Sequence record: MK817115.1
Length of the DNA stretch: 64,000 nucleotides
Source of the DNA: Escherichia phage vB_EcoM_phAPEC6
Direction: 5' to 3' (one strand)
Part shown: positions 20,211 through 30,075 of the stretch, in pieces
Position numbering within the stretch: position 1 is the stretch's first letter
Layout: each line of letters starts with the position of its first letter
Notes under the pieces: generated by a model
The model's input: only the letters and a program-made list of their open reading frames with translations
The model's database searches: none
What the model was told of the DNA's origin: nothing
Position numbers and translations under genes: made by a program

Positions 20211-20587
20211 CACTCTTCCCCTAGATTGAAATGATTACAAAAATCATCTTCACCAGTACTGCACCAGATATCTATACATTCCCTGTGAATACATTTAATT
20301 CTACGCTGTAATTCAATCATCTCTTCTAATGTACAGATGTACTTCTTATCAAATACTAATGCCGCCTGAAACAGTGCAGCATCATCAAGTACTGTATAGT
20401 CCAACATCTCGGTTGCTTTACCCCTAAACCCAGTACTAAAATCCATCAAATAAAAGTCAGCATTCCAGTACTTTAAAATCTTGTCCCTAGCGTAGTTTAA
20501 ATCACCCTTGTATAAGTTAGAGTGCGTAACTAACTCACCAGTGTACATCCATGTCCTTGCACAAAATTCATTATATTTTATTTCCAT
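20210..20587 (-). CDS. family A paralog
   Basis: ORF track 20210..20695; motif DDAALFQAALVFDKKYICTLEEM; start moved to internal Met MEIKYNEF because upstream extension reads through intergenic sequence. Confidence 0.6.
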   Translation of the reverse strand: MEIKYNEFCARTWMYTGELVTHSNLYKGDLNYARDKILKYWNADFYLMDFSTGFRGKATEMLDYTVLDDAALFQAALVFDKKYICTLEEMIELQRRIKCIHRECIDIWCSTGEDDFCNHFNLGEE

Positions 20588-20783
20588 CTTAATCTCTACT
20601 ATAATTAATAAGGTAAACTCCAATATAAGGAGCACGTTGCGGGGGCGGGGTATTTTTTGTTTCAGGAAACATGAACTGTACTCTGAAAAACACAATATAA
20701 AACTTTATATTAAACATATACCTTAGCATGTTTTTCAGCGGAAATTTTTTTGACCCCCTGCGGCCTGTCAAAACGAAACGTCT

Positions 20784-21008
20784 CTATTTATTCAGCCTAG
20801 AAACCTTGATTTCTTCAATCCTTTTCATTGCACAAAGCCTTCGACTCGTCCTCTCGTATATATTCAATACTCGCTGTAATGCATTATCTGTATTATCTGC
20901 AACTGCAATCTGAACCAAATATGTATCCTTCAAAATAGAATCCATCATGAATTCAAAACCTTTCACACTAAAGCAATATGCCACTTCCGGCTCTTCAAAC
21001 GTAATCAT
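20784..21008 (-). CDS. hypothetical protein (74 aa)
   Basis: ORF track. Confidence 0.45.
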   Translation of the reverse strand: MITFEEPEVAYCFSVKGFEFMMDSILKDTYLVQIAVADNTDNALQRVLNIYERTSRRLCAMKRIEEIKVSRLNK

Positions 21009-21198
21009 AATTCCAATCCCCTATTCCCTCTAACCTTCTAAGATATCTTGCGTAAATTATTTCGAAATATCTGTGCAACGAAATTACGGATTGCTCATAA
21101 TCATCATTCCTGTACATTGTGCATGTCAGAAAATCATTTAACCCAAAATCTAAACTGCACTTGAACTTCTCCTTAGCAACATCTCTAAAATTATTCAT
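20995..21198 (-). CDS. hypothetical protein (67 aa)
   Basis: ORF track. Confidence 0.45.
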   Translation of the reverse strand: MNNFRDVAKEKFKCSLDFGLNDFLTCTMYRNDDYEQSVISLHRYFEIIYARYLRRLEGIGDWNYDYV

Positions 21199-21380
21199 AA
21201 TATGTCCTCTGTACAGCGTAGGTGTACTGTGAACTCAGCACCACTAATAGGTAATCTATATTGTAAGCACGATTTCCTCGTTGACTAGCACGGCTGGAAT
21301 AAAGAATATTATCCACATATGTATTGAACTGATCTTCAAATAACTCTTTCATCAGCATTATACCATCACATAATCATACA

Positions 21381-22004
21381 TCATACATTAACAACTTTAT
21401 CGATGTAATCTTCTAACATATCAATATATCTGGTATTGGTTCTAACTAAAAGGTATGCAAATCCAGAGAACTCCTGTGTATAATGCTTTACAGCGTACAT
21501 ACAACGAAGCTTATCATTGTCATACATTGTACTGTACTGAAACAAACTCTCGTCTGATAGCTCTAATAACGCTTGGGCTTCACTTCTCGTGAACTTCATA
21601 GGGTCATGTACTGCATCACAAAAACAAACCTGTGTCTCGCTATTGAAACCCTGTGATAGATATATACCTTCACACTCTGAACGCACCGATACTGCATTAT
21701 AACTATGTGTTGCCCCCATCATATCTGAACTCAAAACTAAAATCAACCCATTTTTATTTTTAATCAACAAATCTGACTTAAGGGATTTGATCTCCGTATG
21801 GGAAATATCACCAAATCTTCCTGGGACTTCAAACTTATCAACGTTGTATACAATCTTTTGTACTTGCTCTTTTAAACGCTTAATTGCACTTCTGTCTTTT
21901 TCTAATGTATCTAATAAACTCATTGAACTCATTGTACTTTCCTTACATATTTGTACCGAACAAAACGGAACTGCGAACGTCATTGATCGACAATTCATGT
22001 ACAT
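21381..22004 (-). CDS. family A paralog
   Basis: ORF track 207 aa; motif DESLFQYSTMYD; true start may be internal. Confidence 0.65.
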   Translation of the reverse strand: MYMNCRSMTFAVPFCSVQICKESTMSSMSLLDTLEKDRSAIKRLKEQVQKIVYNVDKFEVPGRFGDISHTEIKSLKSDLLIKNKNGLILVLSSDMMGATHSYNAVSVRSECEGIYLSQGFNSETQVCFCDAVHDPMKFTRSEAQALLELSDESLFQYSTMYDNDKLRCMYAVKHYTQEFSGFAYLLVRTNTRYIDMLEDYIDKVVNV

Positions 22005-22284
22005 ATATATTTTGTCTGAACAAAGGAACTAATTGAACTAAACTTTGTTGCATAACAATATGCATATGTAAATTGTCATATGCCGTTTCGTATTGGAAAC
22101 GTGCTGCTTCATCTTCTATGAAATTAGGAACTTGGACTGGATTTTCAAAATTTGTTCTTGAACTGAACTGCACATCATTATCCTGTACTTTAATACCATA
22201 TGCATTATCATCATCATATACATCTAATTCAATTAAACTACCATCACTTTTTATGTTTACCACACAAACCGAAAATCGACTCAT
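21943..22284 (-). CDS. family A-like paralog
   Basis: ORF track 113 aa; motif EAARFQYETAYD. Confidence 0.55.
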   Translation of the reverse strand: MSRFSVCVVNIKSDGSLIELDVYDDDNAYGIKVQDNDVQFSSRTNFENPVQVPNFIEDEAARFQYETAYDNLHMHIVMQQSLVQLVPLFRQNIYVHELSINDVRSSVLFGTNM

Positions 22285-22796
22285 AAACCTATTTCCTCTA
22301 AATCTTTGACAAATGTATCATAATCCGATAATGACAAAAATATGTCTGTACTGATGTTTTGACGTAATGTATTAAACAAATTATGTACCTGTAATAAATC
22401 AGGTGCATAAATCAGGGATTGCTGGAAATACGATTCTTCTGTATCTAATATATCCCTGCACTCAATTTCACGAACTCGTTGGTATATTGAATTTAATAAT
22501 ACATTTTCATCTTTGAGCATTGGAAGGTATCTGATGTACATGTGCTCCATCAACTCATCCTGGATTGAACCCCTGAACTGCAACACGTATTCAAAACACA
22601 TCACTACATCTTGTAGGTAATTGGCACTGTAATTATTGCTGTAAACAATCTTATGACTTCTGAACTCATCATCATTTCTGAACCAATCGTCACCCACTTT
22701 GGTGTACTTATGACTAAGCTTCCCATCCTCCAACGCTCGAATGAACTTCATAATGTTAATTGCAAAATCATATGAATGATGCTTGTGTTGATGCAT
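22281..22796 (-). CDS. family A paralog
   Basis: ORF track 171 aa; motif EESYFQQSLIYA. Confidence 0.7.
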   Translation of the reverse strand: MHQHKHHSYDFAINIMKFIRALEDGKLSHKYTKVGDDWFRNDDEFRSHKIVYSNNYSANYLQDVVMCFEYVLQFRGSIQDELMEHMYIRYLPMLKDENVLLNSIYQRVREIECRDILDTEESYFQQSLIYAPDLLQVHNLFNTLRQNISTDIFLSLSDYDTFVKDLEEIGL

Positions 22797-22804
22797 TTTT
22801 TACC

Positions 22805-22999
22805 TCAATTCTGTCCGAAAAAATAACCAAAATGTTTAAAACAAGAAAGCATTACTATGTTCATCACTCTATCATCAAATTCATCTTGTGTTTCTGCACA
22901 TAATGTTTCACAGATATTCAAATGTAATAATTCAAGCTGGAAACTGTCGGTGAACCAATCAAACTTACGGTATTTTTGTTTAACATCAACTGTAAGCAT
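22805..22999 (-). CDS. hypothetical protein (64 aa)
   Basis: ORF track. Confidence 0.4.
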   Translation of the reverse strand: MLTVDVKQKYRKFDWFTDSFQLELLHLNICETLCAETQDEFDDRVMNIVMLSCFKHFGYFFGQN

Positions 23000-23000
23000 A

Positions 23001-23624
23001 CTATATATCCAACCCTTTTACAACATCTACGAAATGTTCAAACACTTCTTTTGAAAAATAACCACCTTCACAAAAAAGCATACTAAACGGTGGCAGCATG
23101 TCCGATAACTCTTTAGCTAAATTGATTTCTGCTCTTAACTCTTGAACATCAATGATATCATGTACTAACGATAATTGAAACATGAATGCATCTACATCTT
23201 CATTCATTTCTGAATTGTAATATAACTCTTCAGGGAATTTGTCGGTTTCGTAATAATAAAAAACTTTATTGTTGAACACACCACTAATAGGAACATCATT
23301 TTCATCTTTCTTTGAAATGTTTGTTTCCCATGACTCTATATTATTAGGAACAAAAAAATCATAGGCTGATTTTGAACCCTGTACTGAATCCAACTTTATT
23401 CCATAATATTCCGTATCCATGTATTTCTGCTGTAATGTAATACCACGTGTACTGACATTCACTTGGAATATATCATCTTTATCTGGAACACTAAATGGAA
23501 TACATAACACTGAATTCTCAGGGTATTTGGCAATGAATGCATCCAGCACTTTATTAAGCACCGGAATGGCAATTTTACTGTACTGCATCAAATCATACAT
23601 TTTAATTCTGGTCATATCATTCAC
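23001..23624 (-). CDS. family A paralog
   Basis: ORF track 207 aa; motif VDAFMFQLSLVHD. Confidence 0.7.
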   Translation of the reverse strand: MNDMTRIKMYDLMQYSKIAIPVLNKVLDAFIAKYPENSVLCIPFSVPDKDDIFQVNVSTRGITLQQKYMDTEYYGIKLDSVQGSKSAYDFFVPNNIESWETNISKKDENDVPISGVFNNKVFYYYETDKFPEELYYNSEMNEDVDAFMFQLSLVHDIIDVQELRAEINLAKELSDMLPPFSMLFCEGGYFSKEVFEHFVDVVKGLDI

Positions 23625-24144
23625 CTGTGTATGTTTTCACCCTTAGCGATTCAAAATCCCATACATCACTGATTGTACCATTGTGCCTGTAATCATAATA
23701 TTCTACTAATACATTATACAATAACTTCAACGATACAAATTCATGATTCCACGGAGCTTTATTCTCATGAACACATTTGGTGATATAAGGTATAATATAT
23801 AAACTAAACAACACTAATGGTGAATGTATACATTGCATTTGAAAATATTCTTCTTCTTGCATACAATGCTCAGGAATAATCAATTCCGTATGTGACCCTA
23901 AGCTATACGAACCTGCTGTGTATTTTTTCGTATCACATGCGTACCATATTGTACTATCCGAAATAAATGGAATGATACCATTATTGTTTGCAATGTACAT
24001 CATATGGTAAGAGCGATTTGTCTTGTTAAATATCTCAATACTTTCGATATTACTACAAATCATGTATTCAATGCAATCAATAATCTTATCTTTAAATGCA
24101 CCAATTTCATTGAATGTCATTGATTTCTGCACTTCACTGCTCAT
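23617..24144 (-). CDS. family A-like paralog
   Basis: ORF track 175 aa; motif EEEYFQMQCIHS. Confidence 0.65.
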   Translation of the reverse strand: MSSEVQKSMTFNEIGAFKDKIIDCIEYMICSNIESIEIFNKTNRSYHMMYIANNNGIIPFISDSTIWYACDTKKYTAGSYSLGSHTELIIPEHCMQEEEYFQMQCIHSPLVLFSLYIIPYITKCVHENKAPWNHEFVSLKLLYNVLVEYYDYRHNGTISDVWDFESLRVKTYTGE

Positions 24145-24683
24145 ATGTTCTCCTTAAAAAAATTCAAATACTCTTCATTGAAAGCATATGTATCATCTTT
24201 TTTGTTATGCACCACATAATCATAAAGAGCTATGAATGCAGGGATTATGATCTTACATGATTTATTATTGTATTTGTACTGCTCCAAATCAACGGTGTTC
24301 AATTTAGCAATAAGCATAGCAGCAAAGATATCTTCATGGCGGTGTACTGTGCTGTACTGAAAATATTCATCCTCTCCAATATCGGGATGATATAACGGTA
24401 TAACCAAATTATTACGAATTGACATCTTATATTTTTGTAATGCAGCTAAATGTATGAACCACAATCTATCTTCATTGAAATATGGAAAAATAATTTTGTC
24501 TGTGCTAATAAAAATTTCTTCATTTCGATTATTTGTCACAAGAGGTGCATACATTTTAATTTTTGCAGATTTAATAATTAAATTAAAAATATAATGAATC
24601 TTATGAACTGCACTTGATGCATCTTCGTATGTACTTGGGATTATGAAACTCACTATATGTTCTCCTTTAAAATGAATACACAT
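24141..24683 (-). CDS. family A paralog
   Basis: ORF track 180 aa; motif EDEYFQYSTVHR. Confidence 0.7.
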   Translation of the reverse strand: MCIHFKGEHIVSFIIPSTYEDASSAVHKIHYIFNLIIKSAKIKMYAPLVTNNRNEEIFISTDKIIFPYFNEDRLWFIHLAALQKYKMSIRNNLVIPLYHPDIGEDEYFQYSTVHRHEDIFAAMLIAKLNTVDLEQYKYNNKSCKIIIPAFIALYDYVVHNKKDDTYAFNEEYLNFFKENI

Positions 24684-24735
24684 GATAACAGCTTTGGTCT
24701 TCTATGTCAATACCAAAACGAAAAAAGCCCATATC

Positions 24736-25242
24736 TTACGATACAGGCGTTCTGGGCATGTTGATTTGAATTTCATTGTACAAATCATCAATATATAGAC
24801 ATGAAAAAAATACACTATCTTGTACTATATTGTTGTGATAAAGCATTTTAAATACTACATAAAAAAATAAATCAATATCATCGTGGACTAAATTCTGCTG
24901 GAACCACCACTCGTCTGTTAAATCTTGTGCATTAAAATCATCAGGAACTTCAATGAACGACATATCACAATCTTCTTTGTACTCAAACCACATGTCGTCA
25001 TTCGGATAACGTTCATGCTTCTCTGGGTAACAATTGCTGGGATTAAATGTTAAAATATTAAACCCCGTAGAGCAACGTTCTTTATTTAAAAATGTATTAT
25101 TCCATACCTGATATTTTTCACCAACATCAAGCTCTTCTGTTACTGATTTTATTGCACATAATGTACTGTATATTGTTTCTATCTTGTGAACATATTTAAA
25201 TGCAGCATCTAAGCTGAACTCTAAATCATACATGTACTGCAT
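24736..25242 (-). CDS. family A paralog
   Basis: ORF track 168 aa; motif TDEWWFQQNLVHD. Confidence 0.7.
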   Translation of the reverse strand: MQYMYDLEFSLDAAFKYVHKIETIYSTLCAIKSVTEELDVGEKYQVWNNTFLNKERCSTGFNILTFNPSNCYPEKHERYPNDDMWFEYKEDCDMSFIEVPDDFNAQDLTDEWWFQQNLVHDDIDLFFYVVFKMLYHNNIVQDSVFFSCLYIDDLYNEIQINMPRTPVS

Positions 25243-25562
25243 AAAATTACCTCAACTAAAGCAAGGACTGTATTGAATTCCACTATACTTGTAATTCCTT
25301 GAAGGTACATATACTTTGCTACTACATATTTCTGTACTAAATTATAATTATTAAATTCCTCAAAATTGTAATTTAGAACAAAATCTGTACTCAAAAATAT
25401 CTTATGCATCTCTAATGCACTTTGATAATACGCGTACAACTCACTGATATCAATACTGGTTAAATTATATTGTTCATATCTATGATACGGGATGGCTTCA
25501 ATTTCAATACTATAAAACCATTCTCTTAACTTATTAATATCAAATGTATTATTCAGCTTCAT
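25221..25562 (-). CDS. hypothetical protein (113 aa)
   Basis: ORF track. Confidence 0.55.
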   Translation of the reverse strand: MKLNNTFDINKLREWFYSIEIEAIPYHRYEQYNLTSIDISELYAYYQSALEMHKIFLSTDFVLNYNFEEFNNYNLVQKYVVAKYMYLQGITSIVEFNTVLALVEVILCSTCMI

Positions 25563-26115
25563 AACTCAATACCTCCATTAAACACTCATACACACCATCA
25601 ATCGCATAAGCACAAAAATTGAAATTAATTTTGTGATTCTTGTGTAATGGACTATTGTGTACTGTACTCATTATGACATTATAAAATAACAAACGCACTG
25701 GTACAAGCATTGAACCTTGGAAAAATTCTTCCTCTGATTTATATGTATTGTACTCTATTGTTTTGTTCGTTTCTTTATCATATGTTACCATTACTAATGG
25801 GGCATTTTTATTATACCATGCGTACTCTAAATCATTCTTTCCAATAACAGCACCAGGTGCGAAATCCAAAAGACCAATAACACTACGGGAATTTGGGGTA
25901 TCAGGTGTATTGAATCGTTTATCAAAATGACTCGTGCACGCAATATATGTATTGTACTTCGATGGAATAATACCAATACATTTGTGGAAATGACGCTTGT
26001 GATATTTCTGGGCATTATATAAGGCTGCAACAATACAAGCTAACTTTTGTCCCATAAGGATTGCATTAGCGTAGGTGTACTGAATTTCATTGCTGGTACG
26101 GTACTTCGAGGTCAT
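25549..26115 (-). CDS. family A paralog
   Basis: ORF track 188 aa; motif EEEFFQGSMLVP. Confidence 0.7.
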   Translation of the reverse strand: MTSKYRTSNEIQYTYANAILMGQKLACIVAALYNAQKYHKRHFHKCIGIIPSKYNTYIACTSHFDKRFNTPDTPNSRSVIGLLDFAPGAVIGKNDLEYAWYNKNAPLVMVTYDKETNKTIEYNTYKSEEEFFQGSMLVPVRLLFYNVIMSTVHNSPLHKNHKINFNFCAYAIDGVYECLMEVLSYEAE

Positions 26116-26398
26116 AATATTTCCTTTGCCATATCATGGGCTTAAAATCAATAACAGCTTTCTGTATCTTTTTTAATAATAAGACATCATAACCACCCGT
26201 GTCAATCACTAATTGCTGTTGGAACAATTCTTCATCGGATAATGTATTGAAATCTACAAAATAATCTGTAACTATCGAATCATTTAAATGTGCCATGTAC
26301 CAACCTGAACTTCTTGAATAAATCAAATTCCACCCATCGTCATCATCTTCTAATTCAACATAAATCATATCTGGGGTATACATCATTTTATACTTCAT
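26087..26398 (-). CDS. family A paralog
   Basis: ORF track 103 aa; motif DEELFQQQLVID. Confidence 0.7.
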   Translation of the reverse strand: MKYKMMYTPDMIYVELEDDDDGWNLIYSRSSGWYMAHLNDSIVTDYFVDFNTLSDEELFQQQLVIDTGGYDVLLLKKIQKAVIDFKPMIWQRKYYDLEVPYQQ

Positions 26399-26936
26399 AA
26401 CTATATCCTTGCATTAATAAATCATAAACTACATGGACTAAATTTAATTGAATATAAAATTTTAAACCTTTAATTAATGGATTCAAATGCATTGTACTGA
26501 ATAACATTAGATACATCATCTCATGCGGTTTTGTGATTAATGATTTTTGAAATACTTCAGCTTCATCATAAGGGTCTATGAACTGAAATTTGTCTTCATC
26601 ATAATTTGTATTGGAATGCTGATATATAAAATAATCATCATTGGTATTGTACCACAAATATCCTTCGAATCCTGTACTAACATCTTTGGTCAATGGGGAT
26701 GCTGATACTGGATTTGAACTGATTAATGCACCTACATCAACAATCCCCGTTGTATCATATTCGATTTCAACATCAATATCAATGTATTTCCTTGCGATAT
26801 CCGCGTTTATGGACAAATATAAACTACCACCTGTCCTCTGACTCAGGATTCCATCTATATGCGATATAGGATGGTTGTTATTGAGGATAAGCATTATTGT
26901 ACTTATCTTGTGTGCTAATAACTCTATCTCATTCAT
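26388..26936 (-). CDS. family A paralog
   Basis: ORF track 182 aa; motif EAEVFQKSLITK. Confidence 0.7.
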   Translation of the reverse strand: MNEIELLAHKISTIMLILNNNHPISHIDGILSQRTGGSLYLSINADIARKYIDIDVEIEYDTTGIVDVGALISSNPVSASPLTKDVSTGFEGYLWYNTNDDYFIYQHSNTNYDEDKFQFIDPYDEAEVFQKSLITKPHEMMYLMLFSTMHLNPLIKGLKFYIQLNLVHVVYDLLMQGYSYEV

Positions 26937-27136
26937 AATTTACCTATCGATGGATACCTAGGATTTGTAGGATGTAAAATCCTGTCCTGTACTGAAAGGT
27001 GCTCAAATGTAATTAAACTCAAATAATAATCGTAATTATCAATACCACCCTTCAAATGTATATTGTAATACATCTTAATACTATCTAATAATGAATCCTG
27101 TAATGCATTTAATGTTATCGTATTAATCTTTTGCAT
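26933..27136 (-). CDS. hypothetical protein (67 aa)
   Basis: ORF track. Confidence 0.45.
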   Translation of the reverse strand: MQKINTITLNALQDSLLDSIKMYYNIHLKGGIDNYDYYLSLITFEHLSVQDRILHPTNPRYPSIGKL

Positions 27137-27284
27137 TAATGTTCTTCTCTTAAAAATCGTTTGATAGCATAATCTAAATAAAATTCATAACACATGCTAT
27201 CTCTGTTCTTTATCCATATTTTGTAATCGGATTTTATATTACGCAACAAATAATTTGTATTAATTGTGTAATAATCTAATCGCC

Positions 27285-27677
27285 CTAATCTTTCCATTTA
27301 ATAGGATACTCCTTTCCTTGTACTATATATGACAAAATCCATCCGTAATGAATAGGATGATTTTTGTCTGAATCAGGAATAAAATATAAAGCTGTACTTG
27401 GATTATGACTGAATAAATCTTTATTGTCAAATGTAAAATGTGATAATATAATTTTCCTTGCACTTGGACGAATAACATTCTTAACACTGAACTCTGAACC
27501 TTTGTATTTCTCCGATAATTCAAATAATGCATCTGTAATTAAATCACTGATCTCTTGGATTACAAAATTCTGATAAAATGCATTAATCTCTTTTAACTCT
27601 GTATACAATTCACTTCTGGTATTCAAAAGAAATATTACTTTTTTAAGATCCTGAACTATTTCTGGATTCATATTCAT
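27285..27677 (-). CDS. hypothetical protein (130 aa)
   Basis: ORF track. Confidence 0.55.
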   Translation of the reverse strand: MNMNPEIVQDLKKVIFLLNTRSELYTELKEINAFYQNFVIQEISDLITDALFELSEKYKGSEFSVKNVIRPSARKIILSHFTFDNKDLFSHNPSTALYFIPDSDKNHPIHYGWILSYIVQGKEYPIKWKD

Positions 27678-27909
27678 TTATCTCATTCTGTATCTTAAGC
27701 ATCAAAATTTGCATATTAATTTTTTGTACAAGGTGCTTGATAAATTTCTGTGCCATTTCTTCTTGTTCTTTTGTACCAAGATAAAATAACAGATTAAATT
27801 CTGATAATCGCAAAGAAAAATCTTCATCACCACCCTTTAAACAAAAATCCCTGTACTTTGTAGCGTACAAATATTGGTTTACCTTTTTATAATACCCTGT
27901 GTTTTGCAT
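27643..27909 (-). CDS. family B paralog
   Basis: ORF track 88 aa; motif YLGTKEQEEMAQKFIKHL. Confidence 0.6.
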   Translation of the reverse strand: MQNTGYYKKVNQYLYATKYRDFCLKGGDEDFSLRLSEFNLLFYLGTKEQEEMAQKFIKHLVQKINMQILMLKIQNEINEYESRNSSGS

Positions 27910-28097
27910 ACTATCTCCGTTCGCAACGAATTTATATAATAATGAACAAATTGTTCTTGTGAACGTGTTCCAAGAAAAATAAACATATCAAACTCTGTTG
28001 TTTTTAAATTCAATGCATCTTTTGTAAAATTCCTGTTGAATTCCCTGTACTTTTGGGTCTTCCATTCTTGATTAATTGTCTTGTATATCGATTTCAA
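27879..28097 (-). CDS. family B paralog
   Basis: ORF track 72 aa; motif FLGTRSQEQFVHYYINSL. Confidence 0.6.
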   Translation of the reverse strand: MKSIYKTINQEWKTQKYREFNRNFTKDALNLKTTEFDMFIFLGTRSQEQFVHYYINSLRTEIVCKTQGIIKR

Positions 28098-28398
28098 TGA
28101 TTCTCCCTGATGTACCTTGTATTAGCTTATCATACATATCGAGCATCACTTTTTGAATACTAATTAGTACTGGCATCGTGCAAATATCAATGTCGTATAC
28201 TAAGCTGTACTGGAATAATTCATCTTCCTGCATTTGTACTAAATTAGGTAAAGGATAATTGTCTGCCTCTTCATCCTGGTACTTGAAATGCATAACACCA
28301 TCCTTTTTGTACAAAAGAATGTCAATATCACCTAACTCATCAGCATAACCAAAAATACATATACTCGATGTTTTTGCTATATTAAATTTCATCTCCAC
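28072..28398 (-). CDS. family A paralog
   Basis: ORF track 108 aa; motif EDELFQYSLVYD. Confidence 0.7.
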   Translation of the reverse strand: MEMKFNIAKTSSICIFGYADELGDIDILLYKKDGVMHFKYQDEEADNYPLPNLVQMQEDELFQYSLVYDIDICTMPVLISIQKVMLDMYDKLIQGTSGRIIEIDIQDN

Positions 28399-28634
28399 CT
28401 CTCTCCGTCAGCACAAGAGTACTGGTACGTTGTCGTTAGGGTAGGGACCATGTTTGTAATGGGCATGTTGTTAACAATAACCGTAACAGGCATAAGAATC
28501 GTCTCTACTCTACTCTGTCCTGTCCTTGTGCAATTCATCTTCTGCATTTCATCTGAATCCATGAAATACAATACAAATGGTGCAATCCCAAGAACAATAC
28601 ACAAGACGATAAGGAAATTTAAAAAATTTAACAT
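28389..28634 (-). CDS. small membrane protein (predicted N-terminal TM helix)
   Basis: ORF track 81 aa; hydrophobic stretch LNFLNFLIVLCIVLGIAPFVLYF. Confidence 0.45.
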   Translation of the reverse strand: MLNFLNFLIVLCIVLGIAPFVLYFMDSDEMQKMNCTRTGQSRVETILMPVTVIVNNMPITNMVPTLTTTYQYSCADGERWR

Positions 28635-28693
28635 AATTTTTACCCTATGATTAACGTTAGTGTACTATATCAGTAATGAAAAGTACTGTCAAG

Positions 28694-29098
28694 CTAGTAT
28701 TGCACTGTTCTAATGAAAGTACCTTTACTCATGGATTTAAGCTTATGAACCTCTTCCTGCATACCCTTAATTAACCCTAAAGGTATAGGTAAATCATGTA
28801 CTAAGCTGTACTGAAAGTATTCTTCTTCAGATAAAGTACTAACATCTGGAACGCCAATTTTAGTTATATAATCTTGATGTGTTGACCAATAAATTATATC
28901 TTCAGTACTATTGTACTCCCCATATACTGAACAATATTGATGAATATCTTTCCTGTACCCTTGAGCAATAAAGAACTTATCTAATGCATTACCAGCATTA
29001 ATAGAATTTACTTCGATTGTCACAGTACTTGAGCTTGTATAACTCTTAATATTATCAGTACTCTTAATACTCAACGATGTGTTCTTCATAATCACCAT
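28694..29098 (-). CDS. family A paralog
   Basis: ORF track 134 aa; motif EEEYFQYSLVHD. Confidence 0.7.
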   Translation of the reverse strand: MVIMKNTSLSIKSTDNIKSYTSSSTVTIEVNSINAGNALDKFFIAQGYRKDIHQYCSVYGEYNSTEDIIYWSTHQDYITKIGVPDVSTLSEEEYFQYSLVHDLPIPLGLIKGMQEEVHKLKSMSKGTFIRTVQY

Positions 29099-29408
29099 TA
29101 GGCTCCTGTTTAGATTCTTTCATTAGTACTATCATCTTATGTACTAATGGCATAGGAAACTCTAAATCCCATACTAATGATTCCTGAAAGTATTCCTCTG
29201 GTGATAAAGTACTTAAATCTTTAATATCAACGTGCTTGTATATTTTATTTTCGTAATTAACAAATGATATATATAAATCACTAACATAAGAATCATAGGT
29301 AATTGTGAATGGTTTACCCTTGTAATCCATTACATCTCTACATAGACTACTTTTGATATATGTATGTTCAAATGATTTATATACCTTGAGTTGTATATTA
29401 GTTTTCAT
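29064..29408 (-). CDS. family A paralog
   Basis: ORF track 114 aa; motif PEEYFQESLVWD. Confidence 0.7.
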   Translation of the reverse strand: MKTNIQLKVYKSFEHTYIKSSLCRDVMDYKGKPFTITYDSYVSDLYISFVNYENKIYKHVDIKDLSTLSPEEYFQESLVWDLEFPMPLVHKMIVLMKESKQEPNGDYEEHIVEY

Positions 29409-29658
29409 ATTTCTCTTTATTAGCTTGTTTGGTTTTATAGTGAATTAAATCTATTAATGTAATCAAGTACAACGTCAAATAGTACTCTTGTTGATCTGTA
29501 CCTAATGATACAAAGAACTTGTGCTCATAGATTAAAACCTGTTTCTCTTCAAATGGACATTTAATCCTCTGTATAGGCTTAAGTAAATGATAGTACTTAT
29601 TAAATCTATGATACATTTCTAGTTCTGTCAGTACTTTCATATTAAACACATACTCCAT
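29398..29658 (-). CDS. family B paralog
   Basis: ORF track 86 aa; motif SLGTDQQEYYLTLYL. Confidence 0.6.
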   Translation of the reverse strand: MEYVFNMKVLTELEMYHRFNKYYHLLKPIQRIKCPFEEKQVLIYEHKFFVSLGTDQQEYYLTLYLITLIDLIHYKTKQANKEKYEN

Positions 29659-29863
29659 TAGCAGTAGCAGTACTTAAAGCACTCAAATACCTCTGTACGG
29701 CTTGCTCTTGATGATCTGTACCTAAAAGTATATACACCCATAATTCATTGTAGTGTACATCTTCTGTATAAGGGTTGTTGTAACTTTTTGATAATATAGC
29801 ATCAAATTCAGATGCATAATCCCTTGTGAACTTAAACATATCTTGTTGTGTTATGATTCTCAT
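29642..29863 (-). CDS. family B paralog
   Basis: ORF track 73 aa; motif LLGTDHQEQAVQRYL. Confidence 0.65.
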   Translation of the reverse strand: MRIITQQDMFKFTRDYASEFDAILSKSYNNPYTEDVHYNELWVYILLGTDHQEQAVQRYLSALSTATANGVCV

Positions 29864-30075
29864 AACTTTTCCTGTATAAGCTTCTTAAGTATTTCTATGT
29901 GTGAATTAACAGTTCTTTCTTGATGCTGTGTTCCTAAGAGTGTCAGTACTATCATCTCTGAACGCAAAAGATTTTTTTCAAGTTCACTTATATCAGTTCT
30001 TGAATCAAGTGCCATATATTTGTGATTATTCTTCCTGAATAGTGCCAAGTACTCTTGATTTGATATTTCCTTCAT
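29860..30075 (-). CDS. family B paralog
   Basis: ORF track 71 aa; motif LLGTQHQERTVNSHI. Confidence 0.65.
   Translation of the reverse strand: MKEISNQEYLALFRKNNHKYMALDSRTDISELEKNLLRSEMIVLTLLGTQHQERTVNSHIEILKKLIQEKL

Noticed and set aside
21187-21358. Possible 57-aa ORF in the 21199-21380 gap (MLMKELFEDQFNTYVDNILYSS...)
   Set aside because: No clear SD, and it overlaps the start of gene 20995..21198. Too weak to call without expression data.
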